DNA of 63,197 nt, filler included, from Circinaria calcarea (GCA_051942165.1; 13 parts of 13 records of this genome joined end to end with filler, not necessarily neighbours in it), one strand, 5' to 3'. Shown: positions 12,440 through 24,377, counted from the whole stretch's first letter. Numbers and translations are program-made. Notes: generated by a model from the sequence alone, not told the origin.

Positions 12440-13367
12440 AGCGGTCTTGCGCTTCCTCCGATGGACCCGATTTCTGCTACCGCTGGTGACTCGACTTCTG
12501 CTACCCCTGATGGCTCGATTTCTATTAGGGGTGGTGATCCGAATTCCCCTATTGTTGCTGACCTGCCTCCCCATGCCACCGAATCAGGTATTTGGTCAAA
12601 CCAAATGGGCTCCTGTCCGTAAGGCTCTGGGTGAATTGGCATTATCCTTCACTCAGCGGACCCCAACTTATTATATATGAGATTACTATCTGTTTCGAGC
12701 CGGGAAATTCCATCAAGGTTAACTACAAGGAGAGCACCTCTCGTGAAAATGGATCCACGGATTCTCGCTTCAAGAATCACCTCCTAATTCTAAGTATGTG
12801 GATGCTGGTTACCGCCGGGGTGATCAAAGAACGCGTACACCCTCTCATGGATATCAAGAAGCATCAAGTCTTTAGGGACTACTATCAACGATTTGCGAAC
12901 GGTAAAATTCTTGACACAGTTAAAATACGGTGCATTCCTCCTTACTAGCGAGTTGCTATAGGCAACACCCAATAGGGAATAGCGTAGTAGTGGGCGAGTA
13001 CACATATCGCACACACAGCGTAGCTAGTTAGATAACCTTCAATGCAATAGTGGTTCCACCAACAGGTCGTGTAGTAGCACTCACCGTACTACATTCAACT
13101 ATACTCCTGATCTTGAGCCATGAAAGCCTTCTTTCTACCTTTTGCGTGGTTTCTATGCGGCTGTGGTTGAGGGCTTACCCGGGAGTATGAAGTGGGATCG
13201 GTGAGGTGGACTGTGCCAACAGCCATTTGCTGATTGGTTTTGCCGCCAAACACCATAGGGGTAGTACTCCAGTCAAGTCAACACCAAATACATGTTCTAG
13301 CCCTAGTGATGATCTACAACCCAACCCGAATTTTTGTGACTTTTCCCACACCATCCTAATATCACCA

Positions 13368-13500
13368 CACAAGGTACTAACTTTGACCACGAGGTTTCTA
13401 ACACAACCGCGAGGTACTGAACATGTCCCACGAGGCACTAACAGAAACACGAGGTGCTAATATCGCGAGGTGTTCTTGCACGCCCATAAAGGTGCTAACA
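13368..13500 (+). repeat. Degenerate direct-repeat array, ~7 copies of C(A/G)CGAGGTRCTAAC with ~20-bp period
   Basis: Units start at about 13368, 13388, 13408, 13429, 13448, 13464 and 13486, with short variable spacers. Confidence 0.8.
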
Positions 13501-14532
13501 CAACTGCTAAGATAGCTTGTACTCTTGCCTGCCGATCCACGTTGAAAGCGTAAAAGAGTGATGCTACTCATCCTTTTCGTTTCCATTGAAAACGTGGTAA
13601 GCTATTACTTATGCTTAAATACCCAATAATCTCGACATCGTACGGACATTTCATAGAAGAAAGTTCACTTTCGAGTAACGGCTATGGGCCTCCTCAACTT
13701 CTGGAAGAAGATGGATTGCGAGGGTCTGTGGCGGATGTGGCGAATGTGTGTGTACCTTGTGTTGATAATGCAGATCCATTTTACAGTGCAGCGCTGCCAT
13801 TGAAGCTGGAACGCCAGTATGAAAGTCTCTATAGATTATGGACAGGGATCTTTGCTCAACGGAGCTAAGCTGCCATTTAGAAAGTTACTTGGACCATCCT
13901 TGTCGCTACGCTGACTATACAGTGTTGCAATTATGCAAATAGTGACCCATGCAGGCATGTGAATGGTAAAAGAGATTGCCATTCAAATTTTCGTCAGAGA
14001 AATGAGGCGGCTGGGTTATCTGTCCAATAGGGAGTAATCAGCGAGCCCAGACCCTGCGCAATTTCAATGTTGCTGTGCGAAATTAATCAGCGGGTTAGCT
14101 TGCTTGGCGTTGTGAATGTCGTCGATGACATGAGGAAGTTGCTGTCTAAGCGCTGCTGTGTATGTGTCGATCTGATAGACAGTAACCAGGCGGCAGAATA
14201 GACGCCCATAACCGCAGTATCAATACGCTCTCCTTTTCTCTTCCATAAGCCCCTTTGGAGGATTTCACTGGTGATCGTAGAAATTAGACCGGAAATTGAG
14301 ATTGAAATTGCAGGGTTGTGAGGTCTGCAATTCGCACATTCACTTATTCTTTCTAATTCCATCTCGTTACCTCATCACCCTACCTCCGCCCACCCTCGTT
14401 CTCTGCAGCATCTACTCACATTTCAAAACCAACAACCTTCCTTGTCAGAGAGGATCTGTCCTTACCACACTGTGCTTCCGAGAGGCCTTGACTTTTCCTA
14501 CAGCTGTGCCAAGGTGAGTTCCTGATGGAAAA

Positions 14533-14632
14533 NNNNNNNNNNNNNNNNNNNNNNNNNNNNNNNNNNNNNNNNNNNNTTAATTAATTAANNNNNNNNNNNN
14601 NNNNNNNNNNNNNNNNNNNNNNNNNNNNNNNN
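14533..14632. other. Artificial contig linker
   Basis: 44 N + TTAATTAATTAA + 44 N. Confidence 0.99.
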
Positions 14633-14639
14633 CTCAGTC

Positions 14640-15416
14640 ATGGCTTGCTTCGCCGACCTCCCTTATGAGGTCCGGGTCCAAATCCACGAGTATGTCCTGA
14701 TAGTCGGCAAGATCTTCCCGTACCAGAATGGCATTCCTGTAGACAAGAACGGAATCGTGTACGACCTTCCGAGCTATGGATGGATCACGGCAATGGCCAG
14801 GTTGGGGCCAAACTACAGAAAAGAGGCCGAGGAGGTCCTCTGGAGCAAGAATCTCATCGTCTTCAACGGATATACCATGCGGAGGTTCTTCTCGACGCTC
14901 GACCAACTCGCGGCGATAAGTTACGAGGCCCAGGTTCTCTCTTGGTTGCGGGCCAACTGGATTAAAGCGGTTTACATCCACTTCAGCAATACGGACCGTC
15001 ATTACTTGTATACCTGGAGCATTGCCGGAACAGTTCCCCAAACGTGTGATGATACCGATTTTACTGCCATGGCGAGACCCAAACCCCACTGGATGGAAGA
15101 TGCGTCCGAAGTCCTCGTGCTGCTTGAACATTGGCGACTGCAGGCTCGATTCCTGGCCAAACTATATCTCGACCGTCTGGAAGTCGATGTCGAAAACGCA
15201 CGTTGCGCTACCAGAGCCTGCTCGATGGCACACGTTGGCTACTGTGGTCTCGTGCAAAAGGTTGCTCGGCTGGTTCATGACTACGCGAACGCACGGGAAG
15301 TTGTAGTGATGCGTGCCAAATGCATTGACGAAGGACGAAAGTTCTACCAGATCCTAGAGGGAGCGGGCCTCGACGAGTGTGATAGACTACTCATGATGCC
15401 TGGCGCTTCAACGTAA
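14640..15416 (+). CDS. F-box-like N-terminal motif protein of unknown function
   Basis: 258-aa ORF starting FADLPYEVRVQIHEYVL, with YRKEAEEVLWSKNLIVF typical of fungal F-box-like/DUF7730-type proteins. The stop lies inside GTAAGT, so a further 3' exon is possible. Confidence 0.7.
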   Translation: MACFADLPYEVRVQIHEYVLIVGKIFPYQNGIPVDKNGIVYDLPSYGWITAMARLGPNYRKEAEEVLWSKNLIVFNGYTMRRFFSTLDQLAAISYEAQVLSWLRANWIKAVYIHFSNTDRHYLYTWSIAGTVPQTCDDTDFTAMARPKPHWMEDASEVLVLLEHWRLQARFLAKLYLDRLEVDVENARCATRACSMAHVGYCGLVQKVARLVHDYANAREVVVMRAKCIDEGRKFYQILEGAGLDECDRLLMMPGAST

Positions 15417-15772
15417 GTACTTCCTTGCTGACGGTTGCAAAATCTGGACGAGAAGAGCGGAAGCGAGCGAACGAGTCTCACTATGGTAAACCTTGAGACA
15501 CCGTCCTCTTATGAATCACCGCCATGTGTCCGAGAGCGACTGGGCAGGACGAGGACTTGCACATCACGCTGATGCTAATCTGCTTCATGACAGACAAGAT
15601 AAAGAAGAGCCCGCCCACTTGCGCTCCCTATTTTATCATCCGCGGTGTACATGGCTCCTCCACCTTTGGAGCCTAGATTGCACACCCCGCGCTAAAATAT
15701 GGTAAAGGACATAGGCGAATCCGAAGAAGCTCTGAGCAATCCATCAACATTCCTACGGGTACCCATCAATTG

Positions 15773-17154
15773 ATGGGTGACGATGATCGTGAGCGCTCGG
15801 CGCTGAGTAAAGCGGTGGTAGGCTTTGATTCGTAATGGGCGAGAAAGTGTATCTGATAGGATAAGTACAGGACACAGCGCTCATACCTGTTCATGCTGCT
15901 GTCTCCAAGCCCGCCCAGCGAGCATACCTGGGCACCTTCCTTTTCGCAACCACAAGCCTGATACTCGTGTTCATCTCGACTGTCGCATATGTTTTGTTTT
16001 ACTACAGCTATGTGCCCCAGATAGGCGTGGAGCGGACGGTACATCTGCAATTTGGGTAGACGGATTCCTTCCTTGACCGCGTCCAGCGCTGATTGACTTG
16101 ACTGGAAAGTGATGGCCATCCCTATGGCTCCGCTTCTCTATCCTCTACCCTCACCTCGCAGCAAGCTTACGACATCGTCCTCTATCTCCATCTTCCCCGC
16201 TCTCCTGTAAACATCGAGGCGGGCAACTTCATGATCGACCTTTCTCTGCTCTCACCCACTATGCCTGCGTCTCCTCCTGCAGACTTGGCTCCAGCAGCTA
16301 CCAAGTCTACTAATACCTCCGCCTCTGTTCTCGCTCGCTCACGCCGGCCAGCGATCCTAACCTATGCGTCTGCAATTGTGGACACGGCATCAACGCTAAG
16401 TGGAATACCGTGGTATATCATCGGTTGGAAGAAGGAAAGCGAGGTCCTAGAGGTGGCCATGTTTGAAGGAGTAGAATTCGCTAAAGGATGGAAGAACATA
16501 CCAGACATGGTGAGGGTAGTGGTGGAAGCGGATAAGAAGATGCAGTTCTACGACGTCGGCGTTAAGATCGTCGCGAGGTTTCGAGGACTACGGTATAGTT
16601 TTTCAAGCCAAATGCACTCAGGAGCCTTGCTAAACCGTCTCTGTAGCTATGTGCTCTACAATCACCGCATACTCTCCTACATCTTCTTTACCGCAAGCTT
16701 CTACTTGGTCTCTATGCTGTCTACCTTCATTGCCTACCTCGTTCTCTCATCTTTTATTTCCCCCACCTCATCCCCACCTTCGAACAACGAATCAAAATCA
16801 TCTGTCAAAGCCGAGATCTCCGATTCCGACTCCGAGTATTTCAACCCTCGCTCCACCTCGGACTTTTCAAATACCTCTCGGACCTTTCCAACGTTCGGTA
16901 GGCGAACGCCACTTCATTTCTCCACTCGGAGTGACGCTCTCAAGCACGAAGACGAGGATAATGCACATATCAAGGAAGAAGACATTGAAATGACTACTAG
17001 GCTTCAGCCATTGGTTGCCGAAGCTGATGATGAGGATGAAGAGGAGAGTTTGGGCCATTGGAGAGATTCAGGGATTGGGACTAGCCTCGACGAAGGGCGC
17101 AGAAGTGGGGTACAGAAAAGAAGAAGAGCCTTGTTTGGTGGAGGAGGCCGCTGA
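15773..17154 (+). CDS. SEI1: Seipin (lipid droplet biogenesis; Sei1/Fld1/BSCL2 family)
   Basis: Spliced product has TM1 AYLGTFLFATTSLILVFISTVAYVLFYYSYVP, then VHLQFG, QQAYDIVLYLHLPRSPVNIEAGNFMIDL, ARSRRPAIL, ARFRGLR/YVLYNHRILSY and TM2. Three GT-AG introns; the last is 16593-16646. Confidence 0.92.
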
Positions 17155-17381
17155 AGGGCTAGATCGTCCAAGGAACCATGTATCTTACTATTAGTAGATT
17201 TAATGATTGATAAAATGTCTTACATGACAGTTTGATCGCTTTACGGTCGGAGAGAAAATGACATAAGGAATAATGATTCATAGGTATATTACAGGTGCCT
17301 TACAGACCAATCGTAAAAGACTATCTGGGTATCCGCAAAGAGACAGTTAAACTAGAGGAAAACTGAGGGTGAGTTAGAAAT

Positions 17382-18153
17382 CTACTCGGCGTCAACGAAT
17401 GAGGTCGCCAATCCTCCGAAGAAAGGCACCTCGAATCGATCCAGGGAGTCCGCTGCCTCGTATGTTAGTGGGAATAAAAAATCGACCGGTTCTACCAGAA
17501 TGACCACGAACCATCTCTGTAGGCATGAAGTGACAAAAACCCAATTAGGCCAATGTCCAACACGAACAGCATCCAGGACAGGACGCTGGAAAAGGAGACG
17601 ATCAGATGGGCGATCTTGCCACAGGTCAGCCATGGTAACAAGAGTCTTGCTCAGGAGGATACTGACAAAGATAGTCGCGAACAGAAGACTTGACTGCCAC
17701 GCGTGGAACCTGTCTCCCGGCTTCAGCCATCACCCTGTCTTTCCAATCCCTCGGCGGCCATTCCATGCTGCCCGTGTGCGGATCGACCTACCGCACATAA
17801 TCACTCTTATGCTCCATGACCAACAACAGCACCCCACCCGCCGGAGGCAGCAGCAAATAAGCCAGCGCGGCCTCGTAATCCAACCGGATGGGCAAGCTCG
17901 TCTCGAACAGGTTCACGTTCAGCCGGCCGCCCTCGATATCTCCTCCACCGAAGCCCCTCCCGCCGGCATGGTCTCTGGTGTCACTACCAAAGTGACTCGG
18001 TGGTGGCAGCGCCGAGTCGGAGTATGGTTGGGCGGACGAGCGTTTTGGGGGTGGAGATTGGGGGATGGGAGAGCGCGAGGATGACCGTCGAGGTGGAGGG
18101 GAGAGGGCGCGTTCGTGCTCGGGGGCGGTGTCTTGATAGGGTGCGAAGTCCAT
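17382..18153 (-). CDS. UPF0132/DUF4870-like small membrane protein
   Basis: MDFAPYQD...FETSLPIRLDYEAALAYLLLPPAGGVLLLVMEHKSDYVR / FHAWQSSLLF / hydrophobic exon / ADSLDRFEVPFFGGLATSFVDAE. Three apparent introns. Confidence 0.85.
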
Positions 18154-19405
18154 GGTTTATATGAACTGACGTTGTGTGGGATTTGCTATCTTTGTCCAAG
18201 GATCGTAAGGATGAGCGAGCTGACAGCTGAAGGTCGGTGCTCTGCCACGCAGGGTGACCAATAAATTGAGAATGGAACATTGCGCTCGCAAGCAAAACCA
18301 CTCGCTTAATCCCAAGTTTTTGCGCCTAGGAGCCCCATAGTACCAGAAGGGTCCCCACAGATTTAGGCTGTCGGCGTATTCCTACTTTTTGGGTCACCCC
18401 CCGCGTGTCTGCCTACAGTAAGCTGCATCTGCGCCGGGTCTGGGTCACACAACAGCGTGGCGCTACTGGGATTATTTCTGGGACGGCGGCATTGCGTATG
18501 CCTTATGAGATCCTTACGAATCTACCGAACATCCACCGAAATCATTGCCACACTCTAGACGGCAGCGCTTATGCAATGTCAGAGGTTACTGAGCGTTTAC
18601 TGCACCAGTATTGCAGCAGCCTGCGGTGGTGTCTCCTTTACGAGTAGTATGAGCTGAAGGGCAACACCCTGTTTGGTTGTGCTGACCGTCCATGAAGGCA
18701 AACGCCGTCTATATCTGTCGTGTTTTGTAGACTTGGGCTGATCCGCATTTGCCCTGGCCATGGCCAAGTTGAGAAATCGCAACTGATGCCATGTCAGCTC
18801 GAGCCCGGCAGCTGAGTAGTAGTGATTCCTTCTTAATGTCTCGTGAGACCATCCGGTTGCTAAGCATGACTGACCTTCCAAGAAGTGTCCCAAACAGTCT
18901 CTATCAAGCTGAACTCCCACACTCACTGCCAATGACCGTAGGCATCTTACGGGCTTTAGACGCTTGGTGTTGGCGTCGACAGTTGGGTCTCTAGGTCTCC
19001 GGCTTCTAATTCTGTACTAAGGCGGTGGAATTAAGCTCTGTTGGCAACAACATCTCTACATGTGTTGGTTCATGGCCACAATACACAAAGTAATTTTTGT
19101 GGCTTTTCAGCTAAAGACGATGAGTCAATGTCAAAGCTGTTCTTTCCCTATCTAGGTAGATGATTCCACCTGCTGCGGTCAATGCTCTTCTCTTCCACCC
19201 TCGATTTGTTTCTCTCAGCATTCACATTATCATTCATGGTGAACATCCTTCGAAACACCGGTTAAACAAAGCACATCCCGTATGTAAGTCGCAACTCCGC
19301 TGGTTGATACAGTTGCTGCAGTCACCATGTATTCGCCCGAACAGCTTCAACATGCTGTGGAAGCAATACACTACCTTGCACCATGTGTCCAGTTTGTCTA
19401 CTTCT

Positions 19406-19505
19406 NNNNNNNNNNNNNNNNNNNNNNNNNNNNNNNNNNNNNNNNNNNNTTAATTAATTAANNNNNNNNNNNNNNNNNNNNNNNNNNNNNNNNNNNNNNN
19501 NNNNN
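19406..19505. other. Artificial contig linker
   Basis: 44 N + TTAATTAATTAA + 44 N. Confidence 0.99.
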
Positions 19506-19535
19506 ATAGCTCCGACTACTTGCTTGTACCTTGCG

Positions 19536-20255
19536 TCAAAGCTTCTGCCCAGACTTATCGACTTCCACGATCTGATCTATTCCAGAATACGGTGGTATAT
19601 CCAGATCATACTTTTCCGCAACTGAAGGTGGGAGGAATCTACCTCCGATAAAATGCCTGCCCTTCAGAAACTTCACCAAAGGCTTGGGCGCTGTTAAGCT
19701 GACCAATGCTGTCGGTTGGAAGCTACTACCAGACCCAGATTCAGGAGGCCCACTCTCAATGTTCCACGAGGACGGTGCGTCAATAGATGTCACAGTTACG
19801 TCGGTCTTCTCCATCGCCTCAATCATTGACGGGAAAGGCTCGCGAACCTCGCCGGAGAAACTGAATCCAAATATAGCGTCCACAACGTGATCCGTGTCCT
19901 TCAGGGCGGACGCAAAATCGTCGACGAAAGGTACTTGGAGATGCTTGAGTTGGATAGCGAGACGCTGGTAAATCTCGTTCTTACTTTGCTTCGGATAACA
20001 GATGGTCGGTTTATAACCGTAATGCCACAGATGACGGGCTGCGACAAGCCCGTCCCCACCATTATTTCCTGGGCCGCATGCTACAAGGACCTTTGTTCCT
20101 TTGCTGGGAGGGTGCACTTTGTAAACTGCCTGAGATACCGAGAGGCCGGCAAGCTCCATCAACTGGTCCAGCGAGTAGGCCCCAACACCCATAAGGTCTT
20201 TGTCAAGCGCTGTGGCATTTGCTGCCGATATTGTTTTGAGTACCATCTTGAACAT
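19536..20255 (-). CDS. NNR1: NAD(P)H-hydrate epimerase (YjeF_N / AIBP family)
   Basis: QLMELAGLSVSQAV, VACGPGNNGGDGLVAARHL, VVDAIFGFSF, SIDAPSSW, LVSLTAPK, HFIGGRF. Intronless; alternative start at 20246. Confidence 0.95.
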   Translation of the reverse strand: MFKMVLKTISAANATALDKDLMGVGAYSLDQLMELAGLSVSQAVYKVHPPSKGTKVLVACGPGNNGGDGLVAARHLWHYGYKPTICYPKQSKNEIYQRLAIQLKHLQVPFVDDFASALKDTDHVVDAIFGFSFSGEVREPFPSMIEAMEKTDVTVTSIDAPSSWNIESGPPESGSGSSFQPTALVSLTAPKPLVKFLKGRHFIGGRFLPPSVAEKYDLDIPPYSGIDQIVEVDKSGQKL

Positions 20256-21132
20256 ATGACAAGGTCACAAGGACGGTAGGTGATTGACTTTGGCTGAATG
20301 TATCAGGATTCTGAGGACGAAACGAGGCGGGTGAGCAGGAAATCGTTTCCGAAACGGCAATACGATACTAAAAGACCCCTCACACAGGGATCGTAGCTCG
20401 TCCAACAATGTAAACGTTGAACGTAAAGAGGTGTGTTGAAAAAGCTCAATCTAATAGGTGGTAGGGACGGAGAACCGCTCACACATACACCGGTTTGTCT
20501 TCCATCTGCAACAACTTTTTACACATCGGCCTCGAAAAGTTAGTGACGTCGTTACGACCAATGGACCCGCAACCGGCAGCAAGGTCGACGTGGCACCAGG
20601 TCAAGGAAAAGGTACAGGTGAGACGATGTAGCGAATGCTTGTCCTCTTGTCAAGTGTAAGATGTAGAAAATAGAGTGATAATTGAATGCATTGTGTCTGC
20701 TGAATAGAACATGGATGACTGATCTGCCTGCTGAAACGTGACACCGCGAAAGCGTAGAATAGCCCTGGATTAGCGACGATCTAATCGATTTCGAATATTA
20801 ACAGTCGCGTAGTACTCAGCTAGTATTTGGTATCATTGACTGTGCCCGATCTGACTCACGACCTATAATAGGTCATCGAATAGCGTCAAAGCAGGTCCCG
20901 TTCCTTAGAGATGCACTCGGTAGCCTTGCCAATGTACTCACATTCACTCAGATCTTTGAGGTGTCTAAAGTCCGTTTTCATCAGTCGATGACCTGAGTCG
21001 GCCACCTCGGAAGCTGCCTGATGAATTTAGATGCTTCTATCTTGCTAGGCCATTGGTGCCTCTGCAAGTCGCCCAGGCAAATTGTCCCTTGAACAGCTCC
21101 ATCCTCAAATTATCTCGTGATTCAGCCACTTC

Positions 21133-24100
21133 ATGGTGCCATCCAGTCCCCCCAGCATGAACGGCACTCATTCAGCCGCTGATGCCGGAGAAAGTGATAC
21201 TCAAATACTACGGGCCTTAGAGCTAATACATGATCCACGATCGTCCAATATACTTCGGCAGGATGCATCTCAATACCTGGAGCAAATGCGCTCCCAAGCT
21301 GAGGCGCCCTACCGCGGCTACCTTCTAGCAGCGGACAAGTCGAAGCCCTCTATCGTTCGTCACTACGGCCTTTCACTTCTCGAACATGCTGTACAGTATT
21401 GTTGGTCGGAATACTCAGAGGAACAAAGTAGGGCGGTGCGGGAATGGACGTTGAAGCTGGCACAAAGCGTTACCGACCAGGATCCGCTGTTCATACGCAA
21501 CAAAATCGCACAAGTTTGGGTAGACATAGCGAAGAGGAGTTGGGCTCTGGATTGGATGGACATGGATGAGCTACTGGTTCGGTTTTGGGCCGGGTCCCTT
21601 GTACAGAAGGAGCTGGTGCTTGTAATTCTGGAGACGCTATCAGACAATTCCTTTGGTCGGGAAGACATTACAACCGGCTTGCGAGGAAATGACCTCAACA
21701 AAGCTTGCGTTGAGATCTTCACACCTGCAACTATACTAGCGGAGCATTTTCCTACCCGAGAAGTAGGTGTTGGTGTCCGTTACGGCCAAGAAGGATGGAT
21801 CGCACGGATTTCGGATCTACTGAGCTGGTGCAACAGTGCAAGCCATACTACCAAGGGGCTTGAGACCTGTATCATTGAGGCCTTATCGGTACTACGGTCT
21901 GTGGCTGGGTGGGCTATTCTAGGGGCACTTACATACACGCGCTGCGTTCAAAACATATGTGATAGTCTTTTGGCCAACAACGAGCGAATACAGCTGGTAA
22001 CCTCGCCTGGTGCTCTTACGTGACCTACGTCGATTGATGATGGTTTAGGCTGCGGTAGAGGCGTTGTATGCTATTTACAATCGGCCACACTTCTCAGACG
22101 ACGACATCCGCAAACTCGTATTGCCTATGTACGAAAGAAGTACAGTCGATGTGCTTAAGCGACTCTACGCATCCTCCGTCGTCGAGGCAAACGATATCGA
22201 TCAGGAAAAGTACCTTCTATCCAAGAAATTCTCAGAGGTAAATGCAATCCCCCGGCGAGAGAGACCTTACGTTGACGGGGATGTAGTTGGTACATAATAT
22301 TGGCGGATTTATGGAAGAGAAGCCGACCCTGTTTTTGGAACATGTAGATTTGACCAACTTCCTTGATCTCTTGCTTGAGATACTGCAGCATCCGAGTCTT
22401 CATGTATCAATACCCATTGTTCATTTATGGGCCAAGCTACTTGAATGTAACGCTGTTGGCACTTCCCGTTCAGTGATGCATCTTATCGGGCCTCTACTTG
22501 ATATTTGCAGTCAACGCCTTCTTCGATACGAAGCTTTACCAGAGGATTCAAACATACCGAGTATCATCTTTTTGAACGAAGATGTTGACACCACACCTGA
22601 GCGACATGCATTCCTAGGCAATTATGCAAGATTCTGTGATCAGGTTGTGCGTAGCATAGTCGCAAAGCAGCCTTTCGACGCTTTACATCATATCCTTGGT
22701 CAGGTAGACCAAGTTCTCAGTCGCCTTTACGAAGGAGAGCCAACTTTTGAGGGTAACGTACCTGTGGCGATCGAAGTAAATACTTAGACTGACAATTAAC
22801 AGCTCGGCTATATACTAAGTTCTCTGTTCCTTCTTTGAAAGTCGACGCCCAGCTGTCTGTTGTTGAAGCAGCATTGAAAGGCTATGCCAGATGGGTCTCC
22901 ATACAGGAATCATTGGATACGGTGCCCAACATACTCCACGATGTCTCCGATTAAGCTAACATAGTGTAGAATGCTCAGCGTCAAGCTATCAACGCGGATT
23001 TGCAAGCATGGTGCCTACGTCTTATGGATATGAACTTCGAGGTTTGTATGGCCCGTAGGTAGAAGCTCTTGCTAACGGGGTTAGGATCCTTTCATCAAGC
23101 AGCGAGTCGTGCAGACGGCTGTTGAGTTCGCGACCGGACCTCTTAAACGCAATGCTCAGTTTACATTTGGGGTCTTTCAATTTGTCATTGATACTAGGGC
23201 TGTTCGCCAACCAGATGCTCAGTTGTACAGCGAGGCAGCTAAAGATCTTCAATCATTCTGTGTCCATCATTTGCAACGTTTAGCAATGCGTTCTGCCGAT
23301 GACCTTGTTGTAATAAACCAAGATTTCCCGGATAGGATGAACAAGGCTGACACTTACTGACAGGCAATATACGATCATATTGAAGCAAAGGTACAGCAGT
23401 TTTGCTATGAGACTGAAGCAGATACGATAGACCGCATTAGGTGTTCCTCTGTGCTGTTCATCATAGCGTAAGTGTTGTTTAGCATCAATGATTACTTGGC
23501 ATTGGCAGCTAACTCGAGAAAGTCAACGAGCATCATCGCTTGACAACAACCGTCGCGAGCAGATTATGCAAACCTTTGTCCAACCAACCATTCAGGAGTG
23601 GGGAGATGACCGCCTTGCAAGCTCATTATCATCGTTTCTTGGTTTCTGCGATCTGCTTGGATTGGGTGGTCTTGAGCAGTACTTCCTAAATAGAAACCTG
23701 CACCAGGTCACGGACTGGGCAGAATACCCATTGGATGAGGAAGGCAGGGCTCTTCAAGCTCGTATTAAAAAGTCCCTCGAGGTAAGACTGATTCAATCTC
23801 TGGTTTGCGGAGCTAAGTTCACTAGAATCTTCCACTGCATGCAACTAAGATCTTGATGAATGTCAGCACGGAACGAATACGACATGGATCTCAAGCTTAT
23901 AAGGTGACTTGCACACTGTGGTCCAAGTTCTTACCTGCGATACTGCCGAATCTGTTACAGTTCATCAGGTAAGCGTGCAAGTTAATCACTGCAGGTACTA
24001 AGGCTAAAACTTTGGCAGCCATGCTCATGCATTCCATAACCCAGAAAACTGGACACACTTTCCACCGGACATGAGGAGTATTATCAGCCGTGTCCTTACA

Positions 24101-24277
24101 GACAGATTCTGGCAGGTTGGAATCTCCTCGGGCAGTCGAGACGACTTCTACGCCAGAGTTGGTGGAAGTAAAGCTTCTATGGAGGGTCTCGCATCTACCA
24201 TCCGCGGCGCCCTAAGAACAGTTCGAGAATCCGGCTATAGAATACTGTTCTGCTCAGGTAATATCACTACCGATTTC
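21133..24277 (+). CDS. MSN5: Exportin-5/Msn5 karyopherin; multi-exon, 3' truncated
   Basis: ALELIHDPRSSNILRQDASQYLE, VRHYGLSLL, FIRNKIAQVWVDIAKRSWALDWMDMD, HPSLHVSIP, LNEDVDTTPERHAFLGNY, VLTDRFWQVGISSGSRDDFY. Several GT-AG introns. Confidence 0.92.
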
Positions 24278-24377
24278 NNNNNNNNNNNNNNNNNNNNNNN
24301 NNNNNNNNNNNNNNNNNNNNNTTAATTAATTAANNNNNNNNNNNNNNNNNNNNNNNNNNNNNNNNNNNNNNNNNNNN
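24278..24377. other. Artificial contig linker
   Basis: 44 N + TTAATTAATTAA + 44 N. Confidence 0.99.

Noticed and set aside
13368..13500. CRISPR array
   Set aside because: Repeats are about 14 bp and degenerate, spacers are only 2-9 bp, the context is eukaryotic and there are no cas genes
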